Assembly (NCBI GenBank): GCA_030390025.1
Contig: CM059432.1
Span: 61,320,001 to 61,384,000, forward strand
Source of the DNA: Squalus acanthias
Taxonomy: Eukaryota
DNA length: 64,000 bases
Direction of reading: 5' to 3'
Shown: in pieces, positions 26,511-39,521 of the stretch
Layout of the letters: each line of letters starts with the position of its first letter
Position numbering within the stretch: the first letter of the stretch is position 1
The notes under the pieces: model-generated
Seen by the model: the letters and a program-made list of their open reading frames with translations, nothing else
Database searches by the model: none
Told to the model about the DNA's origin: nothing
Translations under genes and position numbers: made by a program

Positions 26511-29500
26511 GGGGGAGTGGAATTTTTCGGTGGGTCAGCAGGTGCCTTTGGTGGCAGGTTGGGTGGGAAAAAAATGTTTTTGACAGCGGGTCAGGAACCC
26601 GCTGCCATGCGGTTCTCTCAGATGTCGCGTCTGTCAACGCTGAACAGACCCGACACGCAGCGGCGGGGGATGCAATTTAGGTCATTATGACCTTGTTAAG
26701 AGCCACTTAAAAAGCATTTTGAGCTCACGTTTAAATTTTACAAGGTCGCCCACAGGGCCATGCTGCTCGGGGATCACGTCAGGTAAGGAGGTCGGGAGTT
26801 GTGTTAGCATGAAATGATCTCTTTACTTGACAGCTGCAAATGTGCTATAAAAGCTCCCATCTCACAGCTGTTCACTTTCCAAGCTCAGAAGCTGTTGGCT
26901 ACTGCATTTGGAAGACAGATTGAGCTTTATGCAGGTTGCAGTGTTTGGAGTAAACTCTCTATCCAGTGTCACCTCATTGGAATGACACAAGACATACGAG
27001 CAGGAGTAGGTCATTTGGCCCCTCGAGCCTGCTCCGCCATTCAATAGGATCATGGCTGATCTGATCTTGGCCTCAACTCCACTTCCCTGCCCGCTCCCCA
27101 TAACTCGTGACTCCCTTACCATTCAAAAATCTGTCTATCTCCACCTTAAATATATTCAATGACTCAGCCTCCACAGTTCTCTGGGGAAGAGAATTCCAAA
27201 GATTCACGACCCTCAGAGAAGAAATTCCTCCTCATTTCCGATTTAAAAGGGTACCCCCTTATTCTGAAATTATGCCCCCTAGTTCTAGATTCCCCCACGA
27301 GGGGAAACATCCTCTCTGTGTCTACCCTGTCAAGCCCCTTCAGAGTCTTATATGTTTCAATAAGATCCCCTCTCATTTTTCTAAATTCCAATGAGTGTTG
27401 GCCCAACCTGCTCAACCTTTCTTCAGAAGACAACCCCTTCATCTCCGGAATCAACCTCGTGAACCTTCTCTGAACTGCCTCCAATGCAAGTATATCCTTC
27501 CTTAAATAAGGAGACCAAAACTGTACGCAGTACTCCAGGTGCGGTCTCACCAATGCCCTGTACAGTTGCAACAGGACTTCCCTACTTTTATACTCCATTC
27601 CCTTTGCAATAAAGGCCAGCATTCCATTTGCCTTCCTAATTACTTGCTGTACCTGCATGCTAACTTTTTGTAATTCATGTACGAGGACCCCCAGATCCCT
27701 CTGTACCTCAGCATTTTGTAATCTCTCCCCATTTAAATAATAATTTGCTTTTTTATTTTTCCTACTAAAGTGGATAACCTCGCATTTTCCCACATTATAC
27801 TCCAACTGCCAGATTTTTGCCCACTCACTTAGCCCATCTATATCCTTTTGGAGATTCTTTGCGTCCTTCACACAATTTGCTTTCCCACCTATCTTTGTAT
27901 CATCAGCAAATTTGGCTACATTACACTCGGTCCCTTCATCCAAGTCATTAATATAAATTGTAAATAGTTGAGGCCCCAGCACTGATCCCTGCGGCACCCC
28001 ACTCGTTACAGTTTGCTAACCTGAAAATGACCCATTTATCCTGACTCTCTGATTTCTGTTAGTTAGCCAATTCTCTATCCATGCTAATATATTACCCCCA
28101 ACCCTGTGAGCTCTTATCTTGTGCAGTAACCTTTTATGTGGCATCTTATCAAATGCCTTCTGGAAATCCAAATACACGACATCTACTGGTTCCCCTTTAT
28201 CCACCCTGCTCAGTACCTGCTCAAAGAACTCCAGCAAATTTGTCAAACATGATTTCCCTTTCATAAAACCATGCAGACTCTGCTTGACTATATTATGATT
28301 TTCTAAATGTCCTGCTATCACTTCCTTAATGATGGACGCCAGCATTTTCCCAATGACAGATGTTAGGCTAACTGGTCTATTGTTGCCTGCTTTCTGTCTA
28401 CCTCCTTTCTTAAACATTTGCGGTTTTCCAGTCTGCTGGGACCTCTCCAGAATCCAGGGAATTTTGGTAGATTACAACCTCTCACCATTGACAGATCGCT
28501 TCGGTCATCTCAAGGTCACCAGCCATTTATTACATCAGCATCGGTGCCCTTGAAACTATCTCACCTTGGTCCTCAGAATCCCACCATGATCAGCCCCACC
28601 ACCAGCAGCACCAGGCACACCAGCAGCACCAACAAACCAACCTTCTCCGCAATTAACTCATGCTGCACAGGACACAGGGCATCAGCACCCAACCACATTG
28701 CTGCCCGGGAGGCCAGGGATGGCCTCACCATGGCCATTTACTTCACTTGACGCTGTACACCCTGGCTGCCACATGATGTGCCAGGTTGGCACCACCCCAC
28801 ACCAATACCATAAAGCATCCCTACAATGCCCAAGCCATTCCTTTCACACTCATCACCATTGCGGAGGATACTGTTATGTCTCACCATTCACTGCAACTCA
28901 CTAAGCCACTTCCAAAGGTGTACACAAATCTGTCCAAGAACGCAAAATGTTGAATATAAAGATTTCAATGTTTGACAGCACATTAACAGAAACTTCACAT
29001 GAACATTGGCTAAAGCACCCAAGTGCCTACCCTTGTTTGTCGTTAGTTGGTATGATTGGACTAAGATGAGGGGGGAGTGTAAGGGAATGGCTAGTGAAAT
29101 GGGGAAGTGATAATGTAGATAGAGAGGGATGGGTGGAGGTGCAAGGTAAGTTGGTGCGAGTAAGGATGTGCAGGAGTAGGGTAGGGAAGGCAGCGTGATG
29201 GGGATGTGATGAGTGGCACAGCAGGATGAGGTTGAGTATGGCTTTGCAGTAACGTTTCGTGATCTACGGAGTTCATTTAAAGGCTTGCATCACTACAGCC
29301 TGGTCCTCCTGACAACATCCCTGCTTGTGTCCTCCTGTGCAATGTGCAACCGGGCTGCATTGATCTCCTGGGGAGTCTCTTCCACCCAGTGGAAAGGAAG
29401 AGAACCTCCCTGCGTGCGGTGACTCCCTCCATAAGCATATGGAGGGAGTCATGGGAGAGCTTGGGTGCAGTCCTGCACCTCTGTGCAGTGCTCGTCAGTG

Positions 29501-29772
29501 TTTGCAGCACCTCAATGCAGTAGAACACTGACAGCAAAACTGTCAAAATCAATTTGCGCACGGTCCCTTTAAGGAAACCGGCTGATGACGAGACATCAAG
29601 TGACGTCATCAGACCTGCTTCCTTCAATTGGCTGGCAAACGCGCTGGGTGGGCTTAACAAGCCCAATCACGGTAAAATCATTCTACAGAGCGGGCTGGAG
29701 CCAGCAGCGAGGCTGGGACCCGCTACCGACCCCGGCCGCACTGGACCCGCCGAGGTAGGGAAATAGCAGCCT
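26511..29772 (-). mobile_element. Decayed Harbinger transposon (Myb/SANT remnant on minus strand), interrupted by CR1
   Basis: AQRCRTAPKLSHDSLHMLMEGVTARREVLF near 29400-29490 is homologous to the 30717 ORF; left end resembles the reverse complement of 34100-34216. Boundaries approximate. Confidence 0.65.
26984..28470 (-). mobile_element. 5'-truncated CR1 LINE
   Basis: RT ORFs 28016-28417 and 27164-27997 ([13 protein letters not shown]); CR1 tail. Confidence 0.92.
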
Positions 29773-30716
29773 ATGTATCTTTGCAGTATCCACTACAGTT
29801 TAATAAAATTTGCATTATATCATAACTACATTTGATTATGATTGATTCAGTTTCCTCCTCAAATCAAAGAATTGCTTTAATGGGCCTCATTTGGTCAAAT
29901 TAGCCCACCCCCCCAGAACTGAATACTGTAACATTGTATATCTAGTTGCATGTTTTGCACGAAGACAATCTGAAATGGAAAGAAGAGGTTTATAGCTTAT
30001 TCCACACCTGAATGATGGCATAATTGTTGCGGATGTTTAAATTATGAATTTTTTCCGCACAAGCAAAATAAAGTGTATATCCCACTGTTCCATCATAGGT
30101 TTTCTATTTTTACCTTGGGTTTTAATATCTTCAAAATGTATGGATTGATATAACCAGATACACTCGAGTACTTTTATAAATGGATAAGCATCTATGGGTA
30201 GAACTTTGGTAAACTTGGCTGAATTCTCCTCCCTTTGGAGAGTTAGCAGCAGAGCAAGACTGATGTCCACCTATGTGACTCAGCTACTGACCGCAATTTC
30301 CTCTCGGGAGCCCTCATTATGTATGTGGGGCAGGTTTGGACTGGTAATTTTGCTCCTCGTAGGTTTACCGCCGCTGGGAGGGAGAGAGGTAAATTCGAAC
30401 CACAGCATTCAAAATGTCGCAGCCATTGAAGAAGGCATCGGTGTTGCTGCAGAGTTGGGGCGGGGGGGGCAAACCATCCTCACGCAAAAGGTAAAAATTG
30501 CTTTTTAACGAAGCCACTGCAATTGAATCACACTTCCGGGTTTCCCAACCAATTAACTGGAGCGGGTCCAATGACGTTGCAGATGACTCGACTTCAGCGG
30601 AGCTGTTTAAAGGAGCAATGGACCAAGGTCACTTAAAGGCTGGTGGAGGTGGAAGCCAGGTTGTGAGAGGTGAATTGGTTGCGCTATAACACTTTGATAA
30701 TACTCAATCCTTAATT

Positions 30717-32528
30717 ATGCAGGGTCAAAGGCAGAAAGCAGCCCCCAGATATAATGATGCCTCCTTGGAGGTATTACTCCAAGGAGTCAGGGCCCGCAGG
30801 GACATCCTCTGCCCAGCTGATGGGAGGAAGAGGCCAGCTGCTCGGACGAATAATGCATGGCTGGAGATTGCAGAAGAAGTGAGCAGCAGGAGTGTTGTTG
30901 ATAGGACATGGATGCAGTGTTGGAAATGCTTTAACGTCCTCATGAGGTCCGGAAAGGGTAGTACAATGCCACATTGCCCTACGTCCTGATGTGCGGGTCA
31001 CCCCAACCCCCTCACTCTGCTTTCCCGAGCCTACTCCTGCATATCACTCCTCACACCAACCTACCTTGCAGGTGCACCCATCCCTCACTGACTTACTCAC
31101 ATCCCCATCTAACCATCCACCACTGACACTCACCATCATCTTAATGAAATGTTACGCCTCTCCCTCAGTCACTCAACAGATGTTGCCCATCCATCCCTTC
31201 CACTCATTCCATGACACTCACTCAAAGGTCTCTTGTTTCCCTCCTTGGAGAAGAGAGCGCAGAACACCCGGCAGAGACAGCGAACCGGTGGTGGCCCTCC
31301 AATGACAACACCCTGCCTTCAGCAGAGGCGGCGGCCCTGGAGCTGAGCCATGTTTGCTGAGCTGGTGATGGAGAGAGGGGGACTTCCCAGCTACCTGGTG
31401 ACAAAATTAAATACCATACAGCCACATGGCACACAACAGTCACTTTTGTTGACTTGATGTCAACAGCCAGTGAAATATGATCATGTGCATAATGGTAACT
31501 GAAAACTATCGTAACAATTCTAATTCATGTCTTTACTCTCCCACAGGCCCATCAAGTATCCCCCCCCCCCCCACACTGTCCAGCCAGAGGAGGAAGACAA
31601 CGACGACTCAGAGGAGGTCGTAGACTCTGAGGGTGCACTGTCACACAACCCATGCACACCAAGCACCAGCGCAGATACACATACATCAGTGGGTCCAGTA
31701 AGAAAGAAAGTAGTGTTGTCACCTGGTGTCTCAGATCACATGTGAGCAAGAGCAGATGGTGCAGACAGGGATAGCAGTGGAGAGTCCTCATTGGAGGGTG
31801 CAGGATGCGCCAAGCAGTGCTCAGCTGGACAAAGACGCTGAACCTCGGGGCCGTCGAAAAAGCAGATGATTCAGGAGGAGCAAAAATGAGAGGCTCTGGT
31901 AATATGTCCAGCTGCGATGTGCTCGATTGTAGGGAGAATGGAGGAGTCCATCTCCAGCATGACCAGCATGATGTCGCAGGCCATGGCAATGATGTGTTCA
32001 TCCATGGAAAGGGTGGCCACCTGCATGGAGCATCAAATGCACCAGTCGAATGAGTGCATGCTTGCTGTGAACAACCGCTTGCAGACTCTGATTGCAGCCA
32101 AATCAAGGATGGATAGAAACCTAGACTTGCCCGTTCATCGCCCCACTAATGTACAACAAAGTTCTCTCCAGCTGCTTGCAGGGAAGTGCGGGTGGGCCAT
32201 GAGAGGGATGATGGCGAGAGGGAACATGGAAGTGGGACTCTGCTCAAAGTGCTCCCACTTCTCCCCTGTTGGCTGGCCCCCCCACCCCACGCCTCAGTCA
32301 GAGCCCCATATGCTGCCTCGGATTCCGATGACCGAGTCTGCCCCTGCACAGGTGCAGGAGGAGTTGTCTTTAGCGAGGCCCTCACAGGCTCCAAAACCCA
32401 GAGGACATCCGCCAATCATGTCTAAACAGTCAGAGCAGGGAAGTGAGCAGCCTGCCTCTACTTCTGCTGAAGCCACAGGGGTTGCACGGCATACCAGTTA
32501 TAGAAAGGGAAAGATTACACAATTGTAG
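30717..32528 (+). pseudogene. Harbinger Myb/SANT-like DNA-binding gene (about 3 exons)
   Basis: Exon ~30717-30956 with AWLEIAEEV...RTWMQCWKCFN; exon from ~31248 with KRAQNTRQRQRTGGGP; acidic and coiled-coil-like C-terminal part to the stop at 32528; disrupted. Confidence 0.78.
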
Positions 32529-32589
32529 ATGTACAAGGTATGCACATGGGTGTTATAAAATGTTAGATGGTTAAGTTTCTGTTGTATTG

Positions 32590-32966
32590 CCTGGAATTTA
32601 GAAGGTTAAGGGATGATTTGATCGAAGTTTTCAAGATATTAAGGGGAACAGATAGGGTAGATACAGAGAAACTATTCCCGCTAGGGGGCATAGTCTAAAA
32701 ATTAAAGACAGACCTTTCAGGAGTGAAATTAGGAAACACTTCTGCAGACAAAGGGTGGTAGAAGTTTGGAACTCTCTTCCGCAAACGGCAATTGATGCTA
32801 GATCAATTGTTAATTTTAAATCAGAGACTGATAGCTTTTTGTTAACCAATGGTATTAAGGGATATGGGGCAAAGGTGGGTATATGGAGTTCGGTCGCAGA
32901 TCAGCCATGATCTCATTGAATGGTGGAACAGGCTCGAGGGACTAAATGGCCTACTTCTGTTCCTAC
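32590..32966 (+). mobile_element. CR1 3' fragment inside the Harbinger element
   Basis: LEFRRLRDDLIE-type sequence and CR1 tail GATCAGCCATGATCTCATTGAATGG. Confidence 0.85.
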
Positions 32967-33695
32967 GTCTCTAAGCAGCCAGCCGGTAAGTCTGGTCAGA
33001 GGTGCGAAGAGCTGAGGGAGGGTGGACTGGCGCAGGATGAATGAATCATGACAGCTCCCTGGGAATCTGGCACACACATGCACGATGATCTTTTTGTGGT
33101 TGCAGACAAGGTGCACATTGATGGAGTGGAAGCCCTTACCGTTCATGAACACTCCTGGGTGATCAGGGGATGCCTTGATGGTCATGTGTGCAGTCAATGA
33201 TGCCCTGCACCTGTGGGAAGCCAGCCAGAGCCGCAAAGCCGAGCGCCCACTCAGTCTGACTGGCTTCATCAGTGGAAAAAGTGTACACAAGTGCCTGACT
33301 TGTCAAACATGGCATTGATCACCTGGGTGATGCATCTGTGGGCGGCCGACTGAGAGATCTTGCAAATGTCTCCTGCAAATCCCTGGAAGGAGCCTGTGGC
33401 AAAGAAGTTGAGGGCAGTGGTGATTTTGACAGCCACTGGTAACACGTGTCCACCAGGTCTTCTTCCAGCAGGCTACAAATGTCTGCCACGACCTGACGCG
33501 GTACTCTGAGCCTCCTGTCCAGGAAGCTGATCCTCTGCCTATATATCCTGTGTTGGGGGTATCGCCTCCTGTGAGGTACACCCAGTGCTCATCCCCTCTC
33601 TCCTGTGGAGTAGCAGGTCAGTGAGAAGGCTGTTGCTGCAGCTCATCTTGGTCCGAATCAAAGGTCCAAGTTGAAACAGCATAAGCGGCACCCAT
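32967..33695 (-). pseudogene. Harbinger (HARBI1-family) DDE transposase, frameshifted and lacking its C-terminus
   Basis: Across frames: [63 protein letters not shown]. Confidence 0.85.
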
Positions 33696-36600
33696 GCTGA
33701 TCTGATATAGGTCAGGTAAAGTGAAGATCAGAGGCACAATCCTCCAATGTAGTGAGAGTGACTTCCGAAGTTGTAGAAATCACCTGCAAACCCCTGAGAG
33801 CAAACTCTCAGCACAAATGGTGTCAGCAAGAGCCTTTCCCTTAGGCAAGGAAGCAGGTGAGTTGAGTATGTGATTTTTTTTAAACTGTCAATCGTTCAAC
33901 TCCCACAATGGCCGCTTTGCTTTCGCCTTGCGTTCACTGGCGAGGTTCAGCAAGCCAGAGAATCCTGTGGACAGCCAGTAAATACTGCAACATCAGGTAA
34001 ATAAGGCCATTAATAGCCTCTCAACGAGCACTAAACTGCTGTAATTAGGTTTTCCGCTTCTCCCGAGGGGGGTCTCTGGGGCGCTGACTAACGCGCCCAA
34101 GTTAAAGGCGGAAGCTGGCGGTTTGAAGCCGGCATCCCGACGCGGTCAATTTCAGCACTTTTAACTGCCCACCAGCTCGCTGACCCGCACACTCTTCATT
34201 AGTAAAAATTCAGCCCTTTGTGAGGGTATGGGGAGAAAAGGCAGGTGTTAAATTACTATTTGGTGATCAAAGCACTGGGCTAGCAGTTAGGTCTTTTCTC
34301 TGGCTGCTAGCTGTCGTGTTTCACATTCTCTCCTTCCAACATACCTTCCTCATGTTTGGAGGGAGGTCCTTCCAACTCCTTTTCATCATCACCTTCAGCT
34401 TTCGGAAGCAGCAAGCCTTTCTTCATCACGATGTTATGTAGTAGGCAGCAAGCTACAATGATTCTGGAGATTCTCACTCGGCTATATTGCAGGCTCTGCC
34501 AGATTTATCCAGGCATCTAAAATTAGGCTGGAGAATGCCTATTGTCTGCTCTATCACATTTCTTGTACTGGCATAGGTCTCATTATATGTTATTCCCCTG
34601 TTTGTAGAAACCTTATTGGTGTTATCAGCTATGACTGCAAGGGATAGTCCTGATCACCAATCAACCATTCTGATACATTGCCTTGAGTTATGAGAGCTGG
34701 TATGATGGATTGGCATGGCAGCTTCCTGAATATCTAGCATTTACTTACAAGATAAACTGATTAGCATTGCACACTAACTGGTCATTAATGGAAATGAAAA
34801 CCTGTTCATGAAATTGAGGCAGATATCATATTGGGTTCCACGTGCCACATGCATGCCATCAATTGCTCCTTGCACCAGTCTATAGAATTGAATAGCTCTC
34901 TTAATTTTTCTGGATATAAATTGTGCAGCCCTGCTGATTAGAGCATCAGTGCCCTGCTTGATTCAAGCAACTGCCTGACTAATGCAGTAAAGGATCCAGT
35001 TGCAAAGCAGTTCAAGACAGTGGTGACCTTGATTGGTGTAGAAAGTGCTGTTCTCCTAGTGGAAGTGAGTTGCAGGCCTTCAGCCAGCAGCTGGCCAATC
35101 CCCCTAATCACCACCAGGGGAGAAGCGCAGCCTTCTGAGGGAGTGGCACGCAGAGAAGTCTAAGGCAGACCTTATTGGGTTGTAAACCCTGTTGAATGGG
35201 CATGTACATGTTGGTGCCAAATGGCTGACAAGCAGCCTCACTGCAAGTGCCTCCGATCTATCATCCTTTTTCTCTCTCTCCTCCTCTAAAGAACAAAAGG
35301 AATAGAGGGATTCCCATTGGGAAATCCATGTCCGCTGTCCAATAATATACATTTTACAGAGCTGACTAAAACTAGCAGAAAAGTCCTAATAGATCCTCCG
35401 AAGTACAAAACAGTTTGATATGTAGGCAAAGTAACAGCAACCTTCAGTTGCAGGAAACAAAATGGCCATTTCTAAACAATATCCACCTTAGAGATCCTTA
35501 ACTAGTGCTCCTACTGCCAATTGTATGGTGGCTGTTTAAATTAAGGGCGCGTTTGGGGCAGATGTTGTGGAAATGGGTCAGTGGGGTTAGCCCCACCCAT
35601 TTGACCCCATTTAAAATGTGGCAGTACGGACTCCCAGTGGGCCTAAATGGGGATTGGTAATTGTTTTGGCAGGAAAATTCTGATTTAATGTTAGATCAGC
35701 AATTTTGAGCCCACAGGTACTTCTGCCATATTTTATTCCATTTATAGCCACAAAATGGGCATTAAATTCAGAGGAAAATCCAGCCCGCAGAGCTCCTCTG
35801 GAGATTACCCATTAACTGGAATGTTTGAATACTGCTTGGGTTGGGGCGAGCAAAGAAATAGAAGTGAGGTATAAGCAGATTGTGCCACAAAACTAATTTA
35901 TATCTATATTTTATCAAGAAATGATGGGAAAAGACTTGTTTCCAAATTCTTCTCTCTTCTCCACCTCCATAATTCACTTGCAGCATTCTGACCTGTACAT
36001 GAGTATAGCATGATGACTGCTGTAATGTAAAAACTGTTTTTAAAAACTCTCTTATTGAGCTACATTACCCATCAATAAAGTAGTAATACTAAGTTGCTTT
36101 CAAGAATGTGAACAGCTCATTTCCCATGCCTAATAGAATACAATTTAGTTACAATACACAGGAAGCAAGATCATGATGTTAAACCTTGTCCATGCTAACC
36201 AAATGATTTTGTGGGCGAAGGGAAAGGGAATATTGGGACTTTGGAACTTCAATCCAATAAACCAGAAGATCTTAAGCATTTAAATTGGCAGGTAAACAGT
36301 TACAGATATTTAATTTACAGTATGTTATAGCAGTGATAAAAGCAATTTTTCTAATACACTGCTATTTTCTGCATAGAACAATCACACAATCTTATTAGGA
36401 ATATACCAGTTGATCTCTCCTGGTGTTGCTCATGGACAAAAAGAAATCATCACTCTTCCCATAGCTTTTCTCTCCACTTCTTTCGAACTCTTGATTCTCT
36501 GTGTATGTGCGCATGCATCTTCCATTCACTCTTCATATGAGTCACTTTTTCTTGTGGTAGTGTTGATATTTTGGTGTCTTAATTTTTTCCTCACCATCAC

Positions 36601-39371
36601 TCCACAAGTCTTTCCTTGCCTCCGTCTACCCTCTCCTGTAGCGTTTCCAATATCTCTATATGAATCTCATTTGTTTCTTTACTGAAGTACTCAATTTCTA
36701 TTTGCACATCTTTCTTAAAATAGCATGATAGCATCCAACAGAATTTAGGGGATAGAGTGAAGGGGGAAGAGAAAAAAACCACATCAGGATTCAGGGAAGC
36801 GAGATGGAATTTTGTTAAACATGTGTTGGAGGCCTGTACAAGCATTATAAATGGAGGGCAGGCCACACTCCTAGAAAGTGCAGATTACCACTGCAACTTC
36901 AGCAGAAGTTTGTTAGAACAGCTGCAAACTGTGCTGGGTCCTGACCTCATGGGAGCTTCCGCACAGTCTTGTAAGGTGGCAGAACCTCCGTCCATCCCTT
37001 TCCAGGGCACGGCTGGGTCGAGATTGGAGGCCAGTACAGTACGTTGAATGAGGAGAGACATACCAACCTCCTGAAGGTGGAAGTGAGCCCTACAGGGGTG
37101 GGAGGTGGTTGGTCCAGGCTGAGCTCACGGTGCCTAAAGATTGAAGAGGTCATTTTTTTTTCCTTTACAGAACTGCTGCTCTCTAACAAAGACGACTTCT
37201 TGGGGCAGGTGGGTGCCTCAGACGAGTCCCTAGTGGTGCAAGCATCAATTGCCTTCCTTCAAATTAGATGCCCTCCCCTGACTTCACATATTCCGGCACA
37301 GTCAGTGCTGGAGGACATCAGTGGATGGCCTGTGGAAATTTGGGGTCTGTATTTTTAAAACTTTATATTAGGTTGGAGGTCAGCTAGGCCTCTCAAAAAT
37401 AAACTAAGGGTTATGACGTGTTCCTTTATCTAGTGAAATAAATGTTGAAATTTTTTTGATGGTTATTTTCAACAAATGTGAAACTTGCGCTAATCAGCAC
37501 ACTTGCACACTACAGACATGTCAGACACTTTCCTTCTGCTTACCGACACATTTCAGATGCTCAGACAGACAAGATATATTCCTTACTCCACAACAGTTAA
37601 ATACGGTGTTAGGTATTGTAGTGCTACAAAATACTTTATTATTCAAGGTTACCTATCTTCAGGTCAAATGCCACTATCAACTTTGTTATTCTTTCACAAT
37701 CATGCTGTCTATCTCAGTTGCATTCAGCACAACATGGGATAATGACATGACGACAAATGAAGGTGTCACATTTTGGGATATTTTGACCATTTTGCCACCG
37801 AACAAAATGGGTGGGGAAGTTACGTGTAAGGATTGTGTTTTAAAGCAAGGTATATTCTTACAAGTTTTTTTTTTTGAGTACCAAGATGAAAGGTAATTAA
37901 AATGCTAATGAGAAAAGCTTTGATGTTGTTTCCGAAAATGTTATGAAAAGTGATTTGTTAGCCTGTCTTGGCAATTGATATACACCTCACACCCACCTGT
38001 ATTGTGAGGTCCCTAGTCCCAGACATTCAACAGGGGTTATCTGCAATGGGCCCTCCTTTTGGGTTGTGAACATGAAGATAAAAAGACCGAGATGCAGTCA
38101 GTCAGTCAGGTTTTTTTTTATAAACAGAAAGCTGCAAGAGCAAGCTTTCACTAGGCTCAGAAGAAGAACGCAGGAGGATAGTTAAGAGTTACTTTGTTTA
38201 AGTTGAGCAAGATGACCCACTGCTGGCAAAAGTGTAGTATGTTCATTATTTGTGCATTATTATGCAAAGATAACTTCTACTGATCGGACTGACTTAATTC
38301 AATCATAACTGTTAACCAGTTGGGCATTCATACACATTCTGTGAAATACAGTAGCTGAATGATTCATATCTGGCCTCATCTTACCAAGTACTTTCCTGGT
38401 TTGCCTTGGAAAAGATTGGAAAGATTTGTGCGAAAGACATGAACATCTGGTTCAGATCACAAGGAAATACTCATCATTACATCTCTGGGGTACACTATCA
38501 TGCAAGTAGATACTGGGCAGTGTGAATCTACTTCAGCATACAAGGGCATGAGATCCTCTTACAGGAACGAGTGATGCTACTGAACCAGAGAAAGTATCTA
38601 TAGCAGATTCAAATTTGTAATAGAGGGCAAGACTCACTCCATTTTCTCCTCCTTTCCTGGTCTCCCAAGGACATGTAGCAACTGTGACCAAGAGGCCAGT
38701 CACCAGAAAGCAGCAACACAGGAATATAAAGCTCCAAGGAATGAAATGAAAAGCTGAATTAAAAAATATATGAAACTCTTAATTTATAAAATGTGTCATA
38801 TTGCAACTCTTTCCCCAACTCAATGCAAAACTAGTGGTGGAAACATATTCAAACTTATGCTGTGAACAGAACATTGCTCATGACATATATTACTTTGGAG
38901 ATTTATGAATCTAAATGAAGCCTGCTGATGCAGAGAGGCACTTCACAATTTTCATTTGGTTACCGAGACATTTGTACAAGCAGCACTCTTGAATTATGCC
39001 CAGGACTTGCTACCACTGCATTGTAATAACAATCTAGTGTCTGGATCCTCTTGCATAATTTTTTTAATTAAGTTTTAACACATCATTTTACCTGGAGCTG
39101 AGCTTGCACCAGTTGACTGCCTTACCTAATACAGAAGTAACTATTTTTTAAAGTGCAAAAGAGTAACAATTCAAGAACTGTATGGTCATCAATGAATTTT
39201 AAAAGCACTTAAGGTTGCCATTTGTAGTTTATTATAATATTTCACAGGTATAATATTCAGGATGGCCTGTTGGAAATGCCCTGACAACCAAAATACAGTT
39301 GTATAGTTTAGCAGCTTAGACATTACACTATACAACTACAAATATTAACAGATTGAAGATCAATCACTTAC

Positions 39372-39521
39372 TGCCTTGTAGGTTCTTTTCTGACCAGCGT
39401 GTTTTCGGGATTTTTCTCCATTTACTCCTATTTCAACGTGCATGGAGTAAATAATATCAAAAAAATCTTCAACCACTGCAACCCGCTTTAAAGACTGCTT
39501 CTCTGTAGTACTGACTCCATC
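39372..39521 (-). CDS. NOL4: NOL4 coding exon 2 (150 bp)
   Basis: CAG acceptor; DGVSTTEKQSLKRVAVVEDFFDIIYSMHVEIGVNGEKSRKHAGQKRTYKA; GTAAGT donor; in frame with exon 1. Confidence 0.93.

Larger units (their letters stand above)
30216..34216. mobile_element. PIF/Harbinger transposon with two convergent genes, decayed
   Basis: Imperfect TIR TGGCTGAATT/AATTCAGCCC; Myb/SANT gene on + and DDE transposase on -; no clear TSD. Confidence 0.82.

Noticed and set aside
34450..37360. Medium ORFs and coding-like stretches in intron 2
   Set aside because: No splice-consistent exon or recognisable protein family; NOL4 exons 2 and 3 already join in frame.
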